Assembly: GCA_965232515.1 (NCBI GenBank)
Contig: CBDDPY010000002.1
Coordinates: 3,744,001-3,808,000 of the forward strand
Source of the DNA: Alphaproteobacteria bacterium
GTDB lineage: Bacteria > Pseudomonadota > Alphaproteobacteria > GCA-2731375
Length of the DNA stretch: 64,000 bases
Direction: 5' to 3'
Part shown: one piece after another, positions 51,710 to 61,539 of the stretch
How positions within the stretch are numbered: position 1 is the first letter of the stretch
Layout of the letters: every line of letters starts with the position of its first letter
The notes under the pieces: model-generated
The model's database searches: none
Told to the model about the DNA's origin: nothing
Seen by the model: only the letters and a program-made list of their open reading frames with translations
Position numbers and translations under genes: made by a program

Positions 51710-52651
51710 TTGACCGATCAAGACGTGAAACAGACAGAAACTGCTACCAGGGCCAACACCGAGCGCACGTCGGCGCCGTTCGACGACATCATTTCGCGTC
51801 TGCGGGAACTCCGGTCCGAGATGAAGCCGGCGGAACGCCGGGTCGCCGACGTGGTGCTGGGCGATGTCGAGTTCGCCGTCCGGGCCAGCAACACGACGCT
51901 CGCCGCCCAGGCCAATGTCAGTGAGCCCACCGTCACGCGGTTCTGTCGCACGCTGGGCTGCGAAGGCGTTCGGGATTTCAAGCTGCGTCTGGCGCAAAGC
52001 CTGGTCGTCGGCGATCTGTATTTTCAGAACCCGCCGCCCGTGCAGGAAAACTCCAACCTGCCCTATTGGAACAATGTCTTCCAGAAAGCCGGCGAGGCGG
52101 TACGGCTGGCGGAACGGCAATTGGACGAAGCGGCGGTCAGGGTCGCCGTCGATCACATCGCCCGGGCCAAGCGGATATTCATCTTCGGGGTCGGCGGCGG
52201 CTCGACGGCGCTGGCCCAGGACGCCCAGTTCCGGCTGTTCCGTTACGGACTATCGGTGACCGCCTATTCGGACACCTATCTGATCCGCATGGTCGCGTCC
52301 ACTTTGCGGCCAGACGATGTCGTGATCGCCATTTCCGCCACCGGGCGAACCCCGGAAATCGTCGATGCCGCAAACCTGGCGCGCCAATACCATGCCGTTG
52401 TCGTCGCCATCACACAGCCCGGCTCCGAACTGGCGGCCGCGGCGGATGTGGCGCTGACGATCGGCGTGCCCGAGATCGCCGACATCCTGAAGCCAACCGC
52501 GTCTCGTTTCGCCTTCATGGTGACGATGGATCTGCTGGCGACGGGTGTCGCCTATCAGCTCGGGTTGGACGCGCAGGAAAATCTGCGGCGGATCAAATAC
52601 AACCTCATGAATCTTCGTGACGGCGAGGTGTTGGAGCCGCTCGGCGACTAA
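51710..52651 (+). CDS. RpiR/HexR-family regulator (HTH + SIS)
   Basis: LAAQANVSEPTVTRFCRTLG; FGVGGGS; ISATGRT. Confidence 0.92.
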   Translation: MTDQDVKQTETATRANTERTSAPFDDIISRLRELRSEMKPAERRVADVVLGDVEFAVRASNTTLAAQANVSEPTVTRFCRTLGCEGVRDFKLRLAQSLVVGDLYFQNPPPVQENSNLPYWNNVFQKAGEAVRLAERQLDEAAVRVAVDHIARAKRIFIFGVGGGSTALAQDAQFRLFRYGLSVTAYSDTYLIRMVASTLRPDDVVIAISATGRTPEIVDAANLARQYHAVVVAITQPGSELAAAADVALTIGVPEIADILKPTASRFAFMVTMDLLATGVAYQLGLDAQENLRRIKYNLMNLRDGEVLEPLGD

Positions 52652-52693
52652 CGTCGATAATGTCGAACCGCGATCCGCCGGCGGCGGGTTCGG

Positions 52694-53104
52694 TCATTCC
52701 TCGGGGACCTCTACGTCCACCCAGCCTTCGCCCTTCTTCATTTCGTTGAAAGCACGGCAGGTCGACTCGAAGGCCGGGATGCCGGCCGGCAGCGCCGCCA
52801 TGAACGCGGCCTCATACACCTCGTTCCACGTCGCGCCGTTCTGGATCGCCCGTGCCGCCGCCCACTCGACCCCCTCACGGTCGCCCTTGACGGCCGTGGT
52901 GACGCCGACCAGCACGAGAAAGCGGGTCTTCAGGTCCATCGGCCGGCCCTCGGCGTCGCCGAAGAGTGTGTAGGACGCGAGATCGCCGTAGCGCCGCAGC
53001 ATTTCGGGATCGAGTTCCGCCAGATATTCGTGAACCGGCAGCGTGTAACCGCGAACCGCGCGGATCTTGTCGAGTTCGGCCTTGCCTTCTGGTGTCATGT
53101 CCAT
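52694..53104 (-). CDS. Carboxymuconolactone decarboxylase (CMD/AhpD-like) family protein
   Basis: MDLKTRFLVLVGV..A..AIQNGATWNEVYEA....G.P; no CxxC. Confidence 0.78.
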   Translation of the reverse strand: MDMTPEGKAELDKIRAVRGYTLPVHEYLAELDPEMLRRYGDLASYTLFGDAEGRPMDLKTRFLVLVGVTTAVKGDREGVEWAAARAIQNGATWNEVYEAAFMAALPAGIPAFESTCRAFNEMKKGEGWVDVEVPEE

Positions 53105-53149
53105 CTCTCTCCTGATTGTGCGTTCGTGGATGTCGGCGCCGCGCCGGCC

Positions 53150-55165
53150 TCAAACCTTGCGGGCGATCAGCTCGCCTTCGCGAATGGCGTCGTTGACCCG
53201 CCGGGGCGCCATGGCGTCGCCGATCAGATGGCAGGCCGGCGCGCCATCACGATCCGACAGCCCGTGGTAAAGCGCGTCGTTGGCGGCGGCGCCGATGACC
53301 AGCACGACCTGGTCGATCCCATCCAGCGCCTCGGTCTCGTCGGTGTAAAGATCGCGGACCGTCACCGATGCCGGCGAAATCGCCGTCAGTTCGCGGTCGA
53401 CCAGAAAGCGGACGCCGGCCTTGCGCAGCATGCCATGCACCTTGCCCCAGTCGCGGCTGGCGGCCAGGTCGGGCGAGGGCTGCCCCAGTTGCGTGACGAA
53501 GGTGACCTCGGCGCCGTTCTGGGTCAGGTATTCCGCCGTCACGGCCGCCTGACGGCCGCCCATGGTGTCGAACAGCACGACACGGTCGCCGACCGGGCGG
53601 TCGGACCCGAGCAAATCCATATAGCTCAGGACATGCGGCAGGTCCGCGCCCGGCAACGGCGGGCCATCCCATTTCTCCGGCCGCAGCATGGTCCAGCCAT
53701 GGGTCAATCCGGTCGACCCGGTGGCGAAGACAACGTCGTCGAAGCCGCCCTGCTGCAGTTCCGCCAGCGTGATCTCGTGGCCGAGGCGGATATCCACCGC
53801 TTCTTCCGCGACCCGGGCGGCCAGCCAGTCGACGATATCGACCAGCTCCTGCCGACTTTCGGATTTCGCCCACCAGCGCACCTGACCGCCAAGCTCGACC
53901 CGCCGTTCGAACAGCGTCACCTGGTGGCCGCGCCGCGCCAACGTCCACGCGGCCCGCAAGCCCGCCGGCCCGCCGCCGACGACCGCCACCCGCTTGGCCG
54001 CCGGGGCCGTTGCCGGCGAGTCCTCGTCCAGCTCGAGTTCAGCGCCGGCCGACGGATTGTGGATACAGCCGATCGCGGCCTGCGCGAAGATCGCCGACAT
54101 GCACCAGTTCGCGCCCACGCAGGGGCGAATGCGTCTCGACTGGCCCCGTTCGGCCTTCGCGCCCCAGTTCGGATCGGCGACCAGCGCGCGAGCCATGCCG
54201 ACGAAGTCGCATTTGCCGTCGGCGAGAAAGCGCTCGGCCTCGTCCGGATAGACAATGCGGCCGACGCCGACAACAGGTACCGTGACAGCCTGCTTGACCT
54301 GCCGGGTCGCGGCCAACTGATATCCATGTTCCTCCGGCGAGGTCGGATAGATCAGCATGCGATTGATGTAGGTGCCGTGGGTCATGGACAGGTAATCGAT
54401 CAACCCGGTGTCCTGAAACCGGCGCGCCAGATCGGCCCATTCGTCCGGCCGCAGCCCGCCCTCGTGCCCGTCATCGGAATTGATGCGCATGCCCATGATC
54501 ATGTCCGGGCCGATCTCCTCGCGGGTGGCTTCGAGGATCTCGATGACGATGCGCATGCGGTTCTCGATCGAGCCGCCGAAGCCGTCGTTTCTGTGATTGG
54601 TCGCCGGCGACAGAAACTGGTTCAGCAGATAGCCGTGCGACATGCCATGGACTTCGACGCCATCCAATCCGCCTTCCCGCGAATAGCGCGCCGACAGCCG
54701 GTAGCCGTCGATGATCTCGTCGATGTCCTTCGGCGTCATGACATGCGGCATCTCGCGGTAGACGCCGCACGGGATCGATGACGGCGCCCAGACGGGCAGG
54801 CCGTTCGCGACGCTGTTGGTCTGGCGGCCCCGATGCCAGGGCTGCGACAGCAGTAGCGTGTCGAATTCGTGCACCGCGTCGGCCAGCTTGCGGTACTGCG
54901 CGGCCATGCGCGGATCGAACGCAAACGCCTTGCCCTTATAGGGCTGGGTCGTCGGATGCGCGGCCATCGCCTCCATGGTGATCACCGCCGCGCCACCCTT
55001 GGCGCGGGCCCGGTAGTAGGCGATATGGGCGTCGGTGAAGAGGTGGTCCTTCACCAGCAGCGTCGCGTGCGCGGTCATCCAGATGCGGTTGCGCACCGTT
55101 TTCGGGCCCAGCTTGATCGGGCTGAACAGCGTCGGGAACGCCGGCGTGTCGGTTGGATCGGTCAT
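53150..55165 (-). CDS. NADH:flavin oxidoreductase (OYE + FAD domain; DgcA/StcD-like)
   Basis: RNRIWMTAH; YYRARAKGG; GVEVH..HGYLLNQFLSP; IRPCVGANWC..C; VVGGGPAG. Confidence 0.9.
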   Translation of the reverse strand: MTDPTDTPAFPTLFSPIKLGPKTVRNRIWMTAHATLLVKDHLFTDAHIAYYRARAKGGAAVITMEAMAAHPTTQPYKGKAFAFDPRMAAQYRKLADAVHEFDTLLLSQPWHRGRQTNSVANGLPVWAPSSIPCGVYREMPHVMTPKDIDEIIDGYRLSARYSREGGLDGVEVHGMSHGYLLNQFLSPATNHRNDGFGGSIENRMRIVIEILEATREEIGPDMIMGMRINSDDGHEGGLRPDEWADLARRFQDTGLIDYLSMTHGTYINRMLIYPTSPEEHGYQLAATRQVKQAVTVPVVGVGRIVYPDEAERFLADGKCDFVGMARALVADPNWGAKAERGQSRRIRPCVGANWCMSAIFAQAAIGCIHNPSAGAELELDEDSPATAPAAKRVAVVGGGPAGLRAAWTLARRGHQVTLFERRVELGGQVRWWAKSESRQELVDIVDWLAARVAEEAVDIRLGHEITLAELQQGGFDDVVFATGSTGLTHGWTMLRPEKWDGPPLPGADLPHVLSYMDLLGSDRPVGDRVVLFDTMGGRQAAVTAEYLTQNGAEVTFVTQLGQPSPDLAASRDWGKVHGMLRKAGVRFLVDRELTAISPASVTVRDLYTDETEALDGIDQVVLVIGAAANDALYHGLSDRDGAPACHLIGDAMAPRRVNDAIREGELIARKV

Positions 55166-56163
55166 GCGGCCCCCCTTGACCCAATGATGTTGCCGCCGTC
55201 GGCGATCCGCAGGCAGGACGCCATGTGGCCATTGCCGTCTATCGCCACCTGTCCCGGTTCGATCGATCGGCAGTCCGGGATCGCAACCGGACAGCGGGTA
55301 TGGAACGCGCAGCCCGACGGCATGTCGATCGGCGACGGCACTTCGCCGTCCAGGACGTGACGCGCGATCTTGACCTTGGGATCGGCCGGCAGATGGGCGG
55401 ACAGAAGAGACTGCGTGTAGGGATGGACCGGCCGGTCGAAGAGATCCGTGGCAGACGCTTCTTCGACGATGCGGCCGAGGTAGAGCACGACGATCCGGTC
55501 GCTGATCAACCGGATGGTGCCGAGATCGTGTGAGATGAACAGCATGGCGGCCTTGGTCTGCGACCGGATCTCCGACAACAGCTCCAGGATCCCGGCCCGC
55601 ACCGACAGGTCGAGCGAGCTGGTCGGTTCGTCGAGCACGATCAGTCGCGGGTTGGTCGCGATCGCGCGCGCGATACAGACCCGCTGCAACTGGCCGCCGG
55701 ACAAGTCGCTGGGATGACGGTTCAGGAATTCCGGGCTCAGATGCACCCGGCGGGCCAGCGCCTCGGTCCGGTCGCGACGCTCGCTGCCCGACATGTCCTC
55801 GTGCAGCAACAGCGGCTCGCCGATCAGGTTGCCGACCTTCATGCGCGGGTTCAGCGCGCTCCAAGGGTCCTGGAAAACAATCTGCATGTCGCGCCGCAGC
55901 CGCCGGGTCGATTTCGCCGGCAGGTGTGTGATGTCCTGGCCACCGAACACGATTCTGCCGGCTGTCGGCTCGGTGAGCCGGAGCATGGCTCGACCGATCG
56001 TCGACTTGCCCGAGCCGCTCTCGCCGACCATGCCGAGCGTTTCGCCGGGGCGGATCGACAGGCTGACGCCGTTGACCGCGTTCACCACCTGCCCGGTCCG
56101 GCCCACCGGAAAGCGCTTCGTGAGACCGGATACCTCGACTGTCGGTTCCAGGCGTTCCGTCAT
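55162..56163 (-). CDS. Peptide/nickel ABC ATP-binding protein (OppF-like)
   Basis: GESGSGKST; LSGGQLQR; HPYTQSL; GCAFHTRC. Confidence 0.93.
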   Translation of the reverse strand: MTERLEPTVEVSGLTKRFPVGRTGQVVNAVNGVSLSIRPGETLGMVGESGSGKSTIGRAMLRLTEPTAGRIVFGGQDITHLPAKSTRRLRRDMQIVFQDPWSALNPRMKVGNLIGEPLLLHEDMSGSERRDRTEALARRVHLSPEFLNRHPSDLSGGQLQRVCIARAIATNPRLIVLDEPTSSLDLSVRAGILELLSEIRSQTKAAMLFISHDLGTIRLISDRIVVLYLGRIVEEASATDLFDRPVHPYTQSLLSAHLPADPKVKIARHVLDGEVPSPIDMPSGCAFHTRCPVAIPDCRSIEPGQVAIDGNGHMASCLRIADGGNIIGSRGAA

Positions 56164-57176
56164 GCGGCGGCGCCCTCGGATTCCGTGGCGTCCACGCGCT
56201 CCGGCAGGTCTCCAGCGAAATGACACCTGGCCCGGTGGCGCTCGGAAATCTCCACATCGGGCGGCGGTTCGCCGCAGACATCCTGGGCATAACGACAGCG
56301 GTCGCGGTGATGACAACCGCTGGGCAGGTTGTAGAGATCGGGCGGCGGCCCGCCGAGGGTGGATGCCTGTCCGATCGACAGGCGCTCCGGCGTCGCCGCG
56401 ATCAGGTTGCGCGTGTAGGGGTGGGACGGATTGTCGAAGACGGCGCCGACAGGGCCGATCTCGACGATGCCGCCGGCGAACATCACGGCGATGCGTTCGC
56501 AGTAGTGCGCCACGATGCCGAGGTCGTGGGTAATGACGATCGCCGCCATGTTGAAGCGCGCCACGAGATCCCTCAGCAGGTCGAGGATCTGGGCCTGGAC
56601 CGTGACGTCCAATCCGGTGGTCGGCTCGTCCGCGATCAGAAGCTTCGGCGAATTCATCAGCGCCATGGCGATCAGCACCCGCTGGGCCATGCCGCCGGAC
56701 AGCTCGTGCGGCCAGGCGTCGGCGCGGCTGGTCGGATCGGGAATGCCGACCGCCTCCATCATGTCGAGCGCACGTTTGCGCGCGTCCGACCGCGAAACCT
56801 GCTTGTGCGCCTGATGCACCCGGACCAGCTGCTCGCCGATCCGCGTCAGCGGATCGAGCGAGGTCCGCGGGTTCTGAACCACCATGGCGATCGCATCGCC
56901 GCGCAACCGGTTGAGGTCATCGGGGGCCATGTCCAGCAGGCTAGCGCCGTCGAACACGACCTCACCGCCGACGACCCTGGCCGGTGGGCGCAACAGACCG
57001 CAGATCGATTGCGCCGTCAGGGACTTCCCCGCGCCGGTCTCGCCGACCAGGCCAAGGATTTCCCCGGCCGACACCGAGAACGACACGTCGTTCAGCGCCG
57101 CCGCGACGCGCACGCGATTGTCGATGTCCCGGGAAACGAAATGCGTTCTGAGATCCTTGACGGCCAGAATGGTCAT
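56160..57176 (-). CDS. Peptide/nickel ABC ATP-binding protein (OppD-like)
   Basis: GETGAGKS; HELSGGMAQR; ADEPTTGLDVTVQ. Confidence 0.93.
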   Translation of the reverse strand: MTILAVKDLRTHFVSRDIDNRVRVAAALNDVSFSVSAGEILGLVGETGAGKSLTAQSICGLLRPPARVVGGEVVFDGASLLDMAPDDLNRLRGDAIAMVVQNPRTSLDPLTRIGEQLVRVHQAHKQVSRSDARKRALDMMEAVGIPDPTSRADAWPHELSGGMAQRVLIAMALMNSPKLLIADEPTTGLDVTVQAQILDLLRDLVARFNMAAIVITHDLGIVAHYCERIAVMFAGGIVEIGPVGAVFDNPSHPYTRNLIAATPERLSIGQASTLGGPPPDLYNLPSGCHHRDRCRYAQDVCGEPPPDVEISERHRARCHFAGDLPERVDATESEGAAA

Positions 57177-58075
57177 TTCGCCGCCTTGCGCCGCGGGTTC
57201 AGAAGTTCCTGCAGGCCGTCGCCGAACATGTTCAGGCCGAAGACCAGAAAGATCAGAGCGATGCCGGGGAACAAGGCGACCCACCACTGGCCGGTGATCA
57301 TGAACTCGGCGCCCTGCCGGATCATCGCGCCCCATTCCGGCGTCGGCGCCTGGATACCGACACCGAGGAACGCCAATGTGGCGCTGATCCTGACCGCCCA
57401 GGCGGCGCGGACCGCCGACTGCGCCATCGCGCCCTGGATGGCATTCGGCAGCAGGTGGAAGAACATGATCCGCCAGGTTGGATTGCCCACCGCCACCGCC
57501 GCCTCGACGAAGACCGACGATCGCAGCGCCAGAACTTCCGACCGGACGACGCGGGCGAAGACCGGCGAATCCAGAAACCCGAGCACGAGCACGACATTCA
57601 GCAGCGACGGCCCCGTCGCCGCCACCACCGCCAGGGCCAGGATGATCGACGGGAAGACCCGCAGGCCGTCGAAGAACCGCATCAGGACTTCGTCCAGCAT
57701 GCCGCCGCGATAGCCGGCGAACAGGCCGACCGGGATGCCGATGAGCAGCGAGATCAGAACCGCCGGAATGGCAATACCAAATCCGAAGCGTGATCCGTAA
57801 ATGACCCGGGAGAACACGTCCATGCCGTTGCCGTCGGTGCCGAGCCAGTGATCGGCCGACGGCGGTTCCAGCACCCGTTGGGCATAAGCGAGCTCCGGAT
57901 CGTGCGGCATCAGCACGTCGGCAAAGACCGCCAGAAATCCGAAGAAGAGGATGATCAGCAGACCCACCGTCGCGGTCGGGCTGAGCCGGGCAATTCCGAT
58001 CGCCCGATTGATGACGGAGAATCCTTCGTCCGCCGGCCCGGCTCCATGCCCCGCGGTCGCGACGCGATCCGTCAT
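57173..58075 (-). CDS. Peptide/nickel ABC permease (OppC-like)
   Basis: HWLGTD..GMDVFSR; FVEAAVAVG; PTPEWG. Confidence 0.92.
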   Translation of the reverse strand: MTDRVATAGHGAGPADEGFSVINRAIGIARLSPTATVGLLIILFFGFLAVFADVLMPHDPELAYAQRVLEPPSADHWLGTDGNGMDVFSRVIYGSRFGFGIAIPAVLISLLIGIPVGLFAGYRGGMLDEVLMRFFDGLRVFPSIILALAVVAATGPSLLNVVLVLGFLDSPVFARVVRSEVLALRSSVFVEAAVAVGNPTWRIMFFHLLPNAIQGAMAQSAVRAAWAVRISATLAFLGVGIQAPTPEWGAMIRQGAEFMITGQWWVALFPGIALIFLVFGLNMFGDGLQELLNPRRKAAK

Positions 58076-59088
58076 CACTGCAACTCCGCCCGGGGCTCGA
58101 TCAGGAACACGACGAGATCGATGATCAGGAACACGATGACGGAGAACAACGCGAGACTGAGCACATATCCCTGCACCGCCGTGAAATCACCCCTGACGAT
58201 CGCGTTCAGCCCGTATTGGCCCAGGCCGCCCCAGGCGAACACATATTCGATCAGCGACATGGTGCCGACGAGGCCTGTGATCTCCGTGCCAACGAAGGTC
58301 AGGACCGGTGTCGCGCTGTTTCTCAGGACCACCTTGCGCACGATCTGGGCCGGCAGTCCGGACGCCCGGGCATAGCGGATCGCGTCCGACGACAGCACCT
58401 CGAGCGCGATGGCGCGCGTGTGCTTGATAATCGGCGCCGCCGAGATGATCGCCAGGCAAACCACAGGCAGCACCATGTGCGCGAACGCGGAGCGAAGCGC
58501 CGGCCAGTTCCCGCTCAGCAAGGCGTCGATGAAGTAGGACCCGGTGATGAAATCCGGCGGACTGACCATCAGGCCGATCCGACCGATACCGGGCGGCGCC
58601 CAGCGCAGCAGATAGAAAAACACGAACAGCATCACCAGCCCGAGCCAGTAGGTCGGGATCGAAAACCCGAACAGCGAGAAGATGCGACTGATCTGGTCGA
58701 AGCGGCCGCCCGGCCGAAATGCCGCGCGCAGGCCGATCGGTATGCCGATCAGCGCGCCGAAGCCGACGCCCAGCAGAAGCAGCTCCAGCGAGATAATCGT
58801 GCGTTCGAGGATGTCGTCCAGCACCGGCCGATTGGACAGCCAGGATTCGCCGAGATCGCCTTGCAGGACATTGCCGACGTAAATCGCGAACTGCATCCAG
58901 ATCGGCTGATCGAGCCCGAGCTCGGCCCGGATCATCTCGAACTCTTCGGCCGTCGCCGTCGGGCCGGCCAGCAGCCCGATGGGATCGAGACCGCCGACCC
59001 GCACAAGCATGAACGTCAGAAAGACGATCCCGACGAGCAGCGGGATGACCATCAGCATGCGGCGAAGCAGGAACTTTCCGAAGCTCAC
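58075..59088 (-). CDS. Peptide/nickel ABC permease (OppB-like)
   Basis: LGLDQPIWMQF; GDLGES; YARASGL; IEYVFAWGGLG. Confidence 0.92.
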   Translation of the reverse strand: MSFGKFLLRRMLMVIPLLVGIVFLTFMLVRVGGLDPIGLLAGPTATAEEFEMIRAELGLDQPIWMQFAIYVGNVLQGDLGESWLSNRPVLDDILERTIISLELLLLGVGFGALIGIPIGLRAAFRPGGRFDQISRIFSLFGFSIPTYWLGLVMLFVFFYLLRWAPPGIGRIGLMVSPPDFITGSYFIDALLSGNWPALRSAFAHMVLPVVCLAIISAAPIIKHTRAIALEVLSSDAIRYARASGLPAQIVRKVVLRNSATPVLTFVGTEITGLVGTMSLIEYVFAWGGLGQYGLNAIVRGDFTAVQGYVLSLALFSVIVFLIIDLVVFLIEPRAELQ

Positions 59089-59164
59089 GTTCGAACCTCA
59101 GCGCGACGAACGATCGGCCGGCCGACGCCCCGTGAGGCGCCTGCCGGCCGCCATGTTACCAGGA

Positions 59165-60742
59165 TCAGTTGCCCTTCAGCTCCTTCCAGCGCTCGTGCTC
59201 GTCCGGATAATGCACCCAGCCCGAGACATTCGGCGCCATGGCCTCGAAGGTCGCGGGATAGGTCGTCAGGATCCACGGCGCATCCTCGACCCACAGCTTC
59301 TGCGCTTCGTCCATCATGCCGAGACGCTTGTCCGCATCCAGCTCCTCGCGGGACATGTCGATCAGCTCGTCGACCCGCGGGTTGTTGTAGGCGGCGCGGT
59401 TCGACACGCCCTTCGAGTGCGACATCAGGTACATGGTATAGACCGGATCCAGCACGATCGGGCCGTCTTCCCAGGTGAAGAAGCACATGCTCATTTCCTT
59501 GGGCGAACCCTTCGCACGCATTTCCGAGGTCGTGACCCGGGTCGGCTTCACGTTGACGCCGATGCGCTTCAGCTGGTCGGCGATCTGGATCGCGACCGGC
59601 TCCTGGTGCCAGAAGGCGTCGGCATAGAGCAGCGGGATTTCCTCGCTGATGCCGTTCGGGAACCCGGCCTCGGCCAGCAGGGCCTTGGCCTTCTCGGGAT
59701 CGTAGTCGTACTTGTAGTGGTTCGGGTTGTAGCCATCGACGATGGGCGGCACGATGGATTTGGCGAGGTCGGCCGAGCCGGCGAACACGGCGGCGTTCAG
59801 GGCGTCCTTGTCGACGCCATAGTTGAAGGCCTGCCGCACCCGCGGGTCATCGAACGGCTCGCATTTCGGGTTCATCCGGGCCGACGCGATCGAACGGCCG
59901 GATGCCCGGTCGACCCGCACATTCGGATCTTTCTGCAGGTCCACCGCCTTCTGGATCGACGGCCGGTCGATCATCTGCACCTGACCGGTCTTCAGCAGCG
60001 TGACCCGGCTCGCCTCCGACGGGATCTCCTTATAGATCACCCGGGTGAAATACGGCTGACCGCCGAAGTAGTTCGGATTGGCGACGAAGACCGCCTGGTC
60101 GTCGGCCCGCAGGCTGTCCAGATGGTAGGCGCCGAAGCCGGCGGTGTTGCTTTGCATCCATTTCAGGGCCCAGGGATCGTCGCTGGTCGCGTGCTTTTTC
60201 ACTTCCGTCGTGTCGTAGATCCCCGGCACGTAAAGCGTCAGCGCCTTCAGGAAGATCGAGCTCGGCGCGGACAGCGTGAACTCCACCTCGTATTTTGAGA
60301 GCGCCTTCACGCCGACGACGTTCGACACGCGGGCGATAAAGTTGCCGGTGCGCTTCTGGGCGAACGACTTGTTCCAGCTCCATTCGACATCGTCGGCCGT
60401 CAGCTCGTTGCCGCGCGCGCTCTTGATGCCCTCGCGAAGCTTGAAGACCCAGGTCTTGCCGTCTTCCGACACCGTCCAGCTCTCGGCGAGATGCGGCTCG
60501 ACCTTGGAGGGATCGTTGACCAGGCGGCCATCGACCGTTTTCTTGCCGTAGACGACCAGGTTTTCATAGACCTGCACGACCACGTTCTGGGTGTGCGCCT
60601 TCAGGGCATCGCCGTCGAAGCCTTCCGGCACCTGCGGCGATGCGACGATCATCGTGTTGGCCGAAGCCGCCGTCGCCAGCAGCATGCCGGCGGCGACGGC
60701 GGTCCCCGTCAGGACCTGTTTTCTCAGGTTCCAGAATCTCAT
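59165..60742 (-). CDS. Peptide/nickel ABC substrate-binding protein (family 5)
   Basis: Signal peptide; VYENLV; LAESWTVSEDGKTWVFKLREG; PFDDPRVRQA. Confidence 0.92.
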   Translation of the reverse strand: MRFWNLRKQVLTGTAVAAGMLLATAASANTMIVASPQVPEGFDGDALKAHTQNVVVQVYENLVVYGKKTVDGRLVNDPSKVEPHLAESWTVSEDGKTWVFKLREGIKSARGNELTADDVEWSWNKSFAQKRTGNFIARVSNVVGVKALSKYEVEFTLSAPSSIFLKALTLYVPGIYDTTEVKKHATSDDPWALKWMQSNTAGFGAYHLDSLRADDQAVFVANPNYFGGQPYFTRVIYKEIPSEASRVTLLKTGQVQMIDRPSIQKAVDLQKDPNVRVDRASGRSIASARMNPKCEPFDDPRVRQAFNYGVDKDALNAAVFAGSADLAKSIVPPIVDGYNPNHYKYDYDPEKAKALLAEAGFPNGISEEIPLLYADAFWHQEPVAIQIADQLKRIGVNVKPTRVTTSEMRAKGSPKEMSMCFFTWEDGPIVLDPVYTMYLMSHSKGVSNRAAYNNPRVDELIDMSREELDADKRLGMMDEAQKLWVEDAPWILTTYPATFEAMAPNVSGWVHYPDEHERWKELKGN

Positions 60743-60798
60743 TTTCGAGCACTCCCTGTTTTGTCGTTGCAAGATCTGCCGGTCGTACCGGCCGGGCC

Positions 60799-61539
60799 CT
60801 AAGCCCCCGCAGGCTTGGGGTTGAAGAACGGTATCCGGAACTCATCAGTTACCTCGGCGAGGATGTCGGTGACCCGGTATTCGGCTGTAATCGACCGCTT
60901 GTTGGTCGGGTCCTCGATCTCGTACCGCCAGGTCGTGCCGAAGCCCAGAGCCTTGTCGACGCTGACGATGGTGCCGCCGAAGACGGTGAAATCGCGATCC
61001 GGCACATCGCTGACGCGCGCCCGCAGGATGCTCAACATGTCCTCGGGCCGCAGAAAGGCGGAGACGCCGACGTCCTGGTAAAGCCGGCCGTCGACCCAAC
61101 TGCGAAGCACGCAATCGTCCCAGCTCGCCCGAATTTCCTCGTAAGGCCAGAGAACCGGACCGAGATGATTGGGACAGGCCTGCTTGCTGCCGGGGATCGA
61201 GACTGTTTCCAGCGCCCGGTCGGTATGGTCGCTGCCGACGCCGACATAGACCTGGTCGGCGACATGAATGACGATTTCCACCTCGCCCGACGTCCGGTCG
61301 GTCTGCACGAAGACTTCGTCGTCCTGAACCAGCGCCGGGACGCCGATCGGATAGATCCGCGGCGACGGCACGTCGAAGGCGATGTGGATGCCGGATTTCG
61401 CGACTTCTTCCTGATGCGCGACCGCGGTATCGGGATTGCGCGTGGCCGAGCCCAGATTGTAAAGCCGTCTGACGTCAAAGACCTCGACCCGTGGGTCGCC
61501 TTGCAGCGGTTCGACCCGCGCCTCGAACTGTCCGCTCAC
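60799..61539 (-). CDS. DUF2848-like protein (FAH-like fold)
   Basis: TSGEVEIV; VGVGSDHTDRALE; SKQACP; GTG start overlapping the tauD-like stop. Confidence 0.8.
   Translation of the reverse strand: MSGQFEARVEPLQGDPRVEVFDVRRLYNLGSATRNPDTAVAHQEEVAKSGIHIAFDVPSPRIYPIGVPALVQDDEVFVQTDRTSGEVEIVIHVADQVYVGVGSDHTDRALETVSIPGSKQACPNHLGPVLWPYEEIRASWDDCVLRSWVDGRLYQDVGVSAFLRPEDMLSILRARVSDVPDRDFTVFGGTIVSVDKALGFGTTWRYEIEDPTNKRSITAEYRVTDILAEVTDEFRIPFFNPKPAGA

Noticed and set aside
53150-56290. 1046-aa ORF suggesting a giant OYE fusion
   Set aside because: The first 375 codons are an off-frame shadow of the OppF gene; the real OYE starts at ATG 55165, overlapping the OppF stop.
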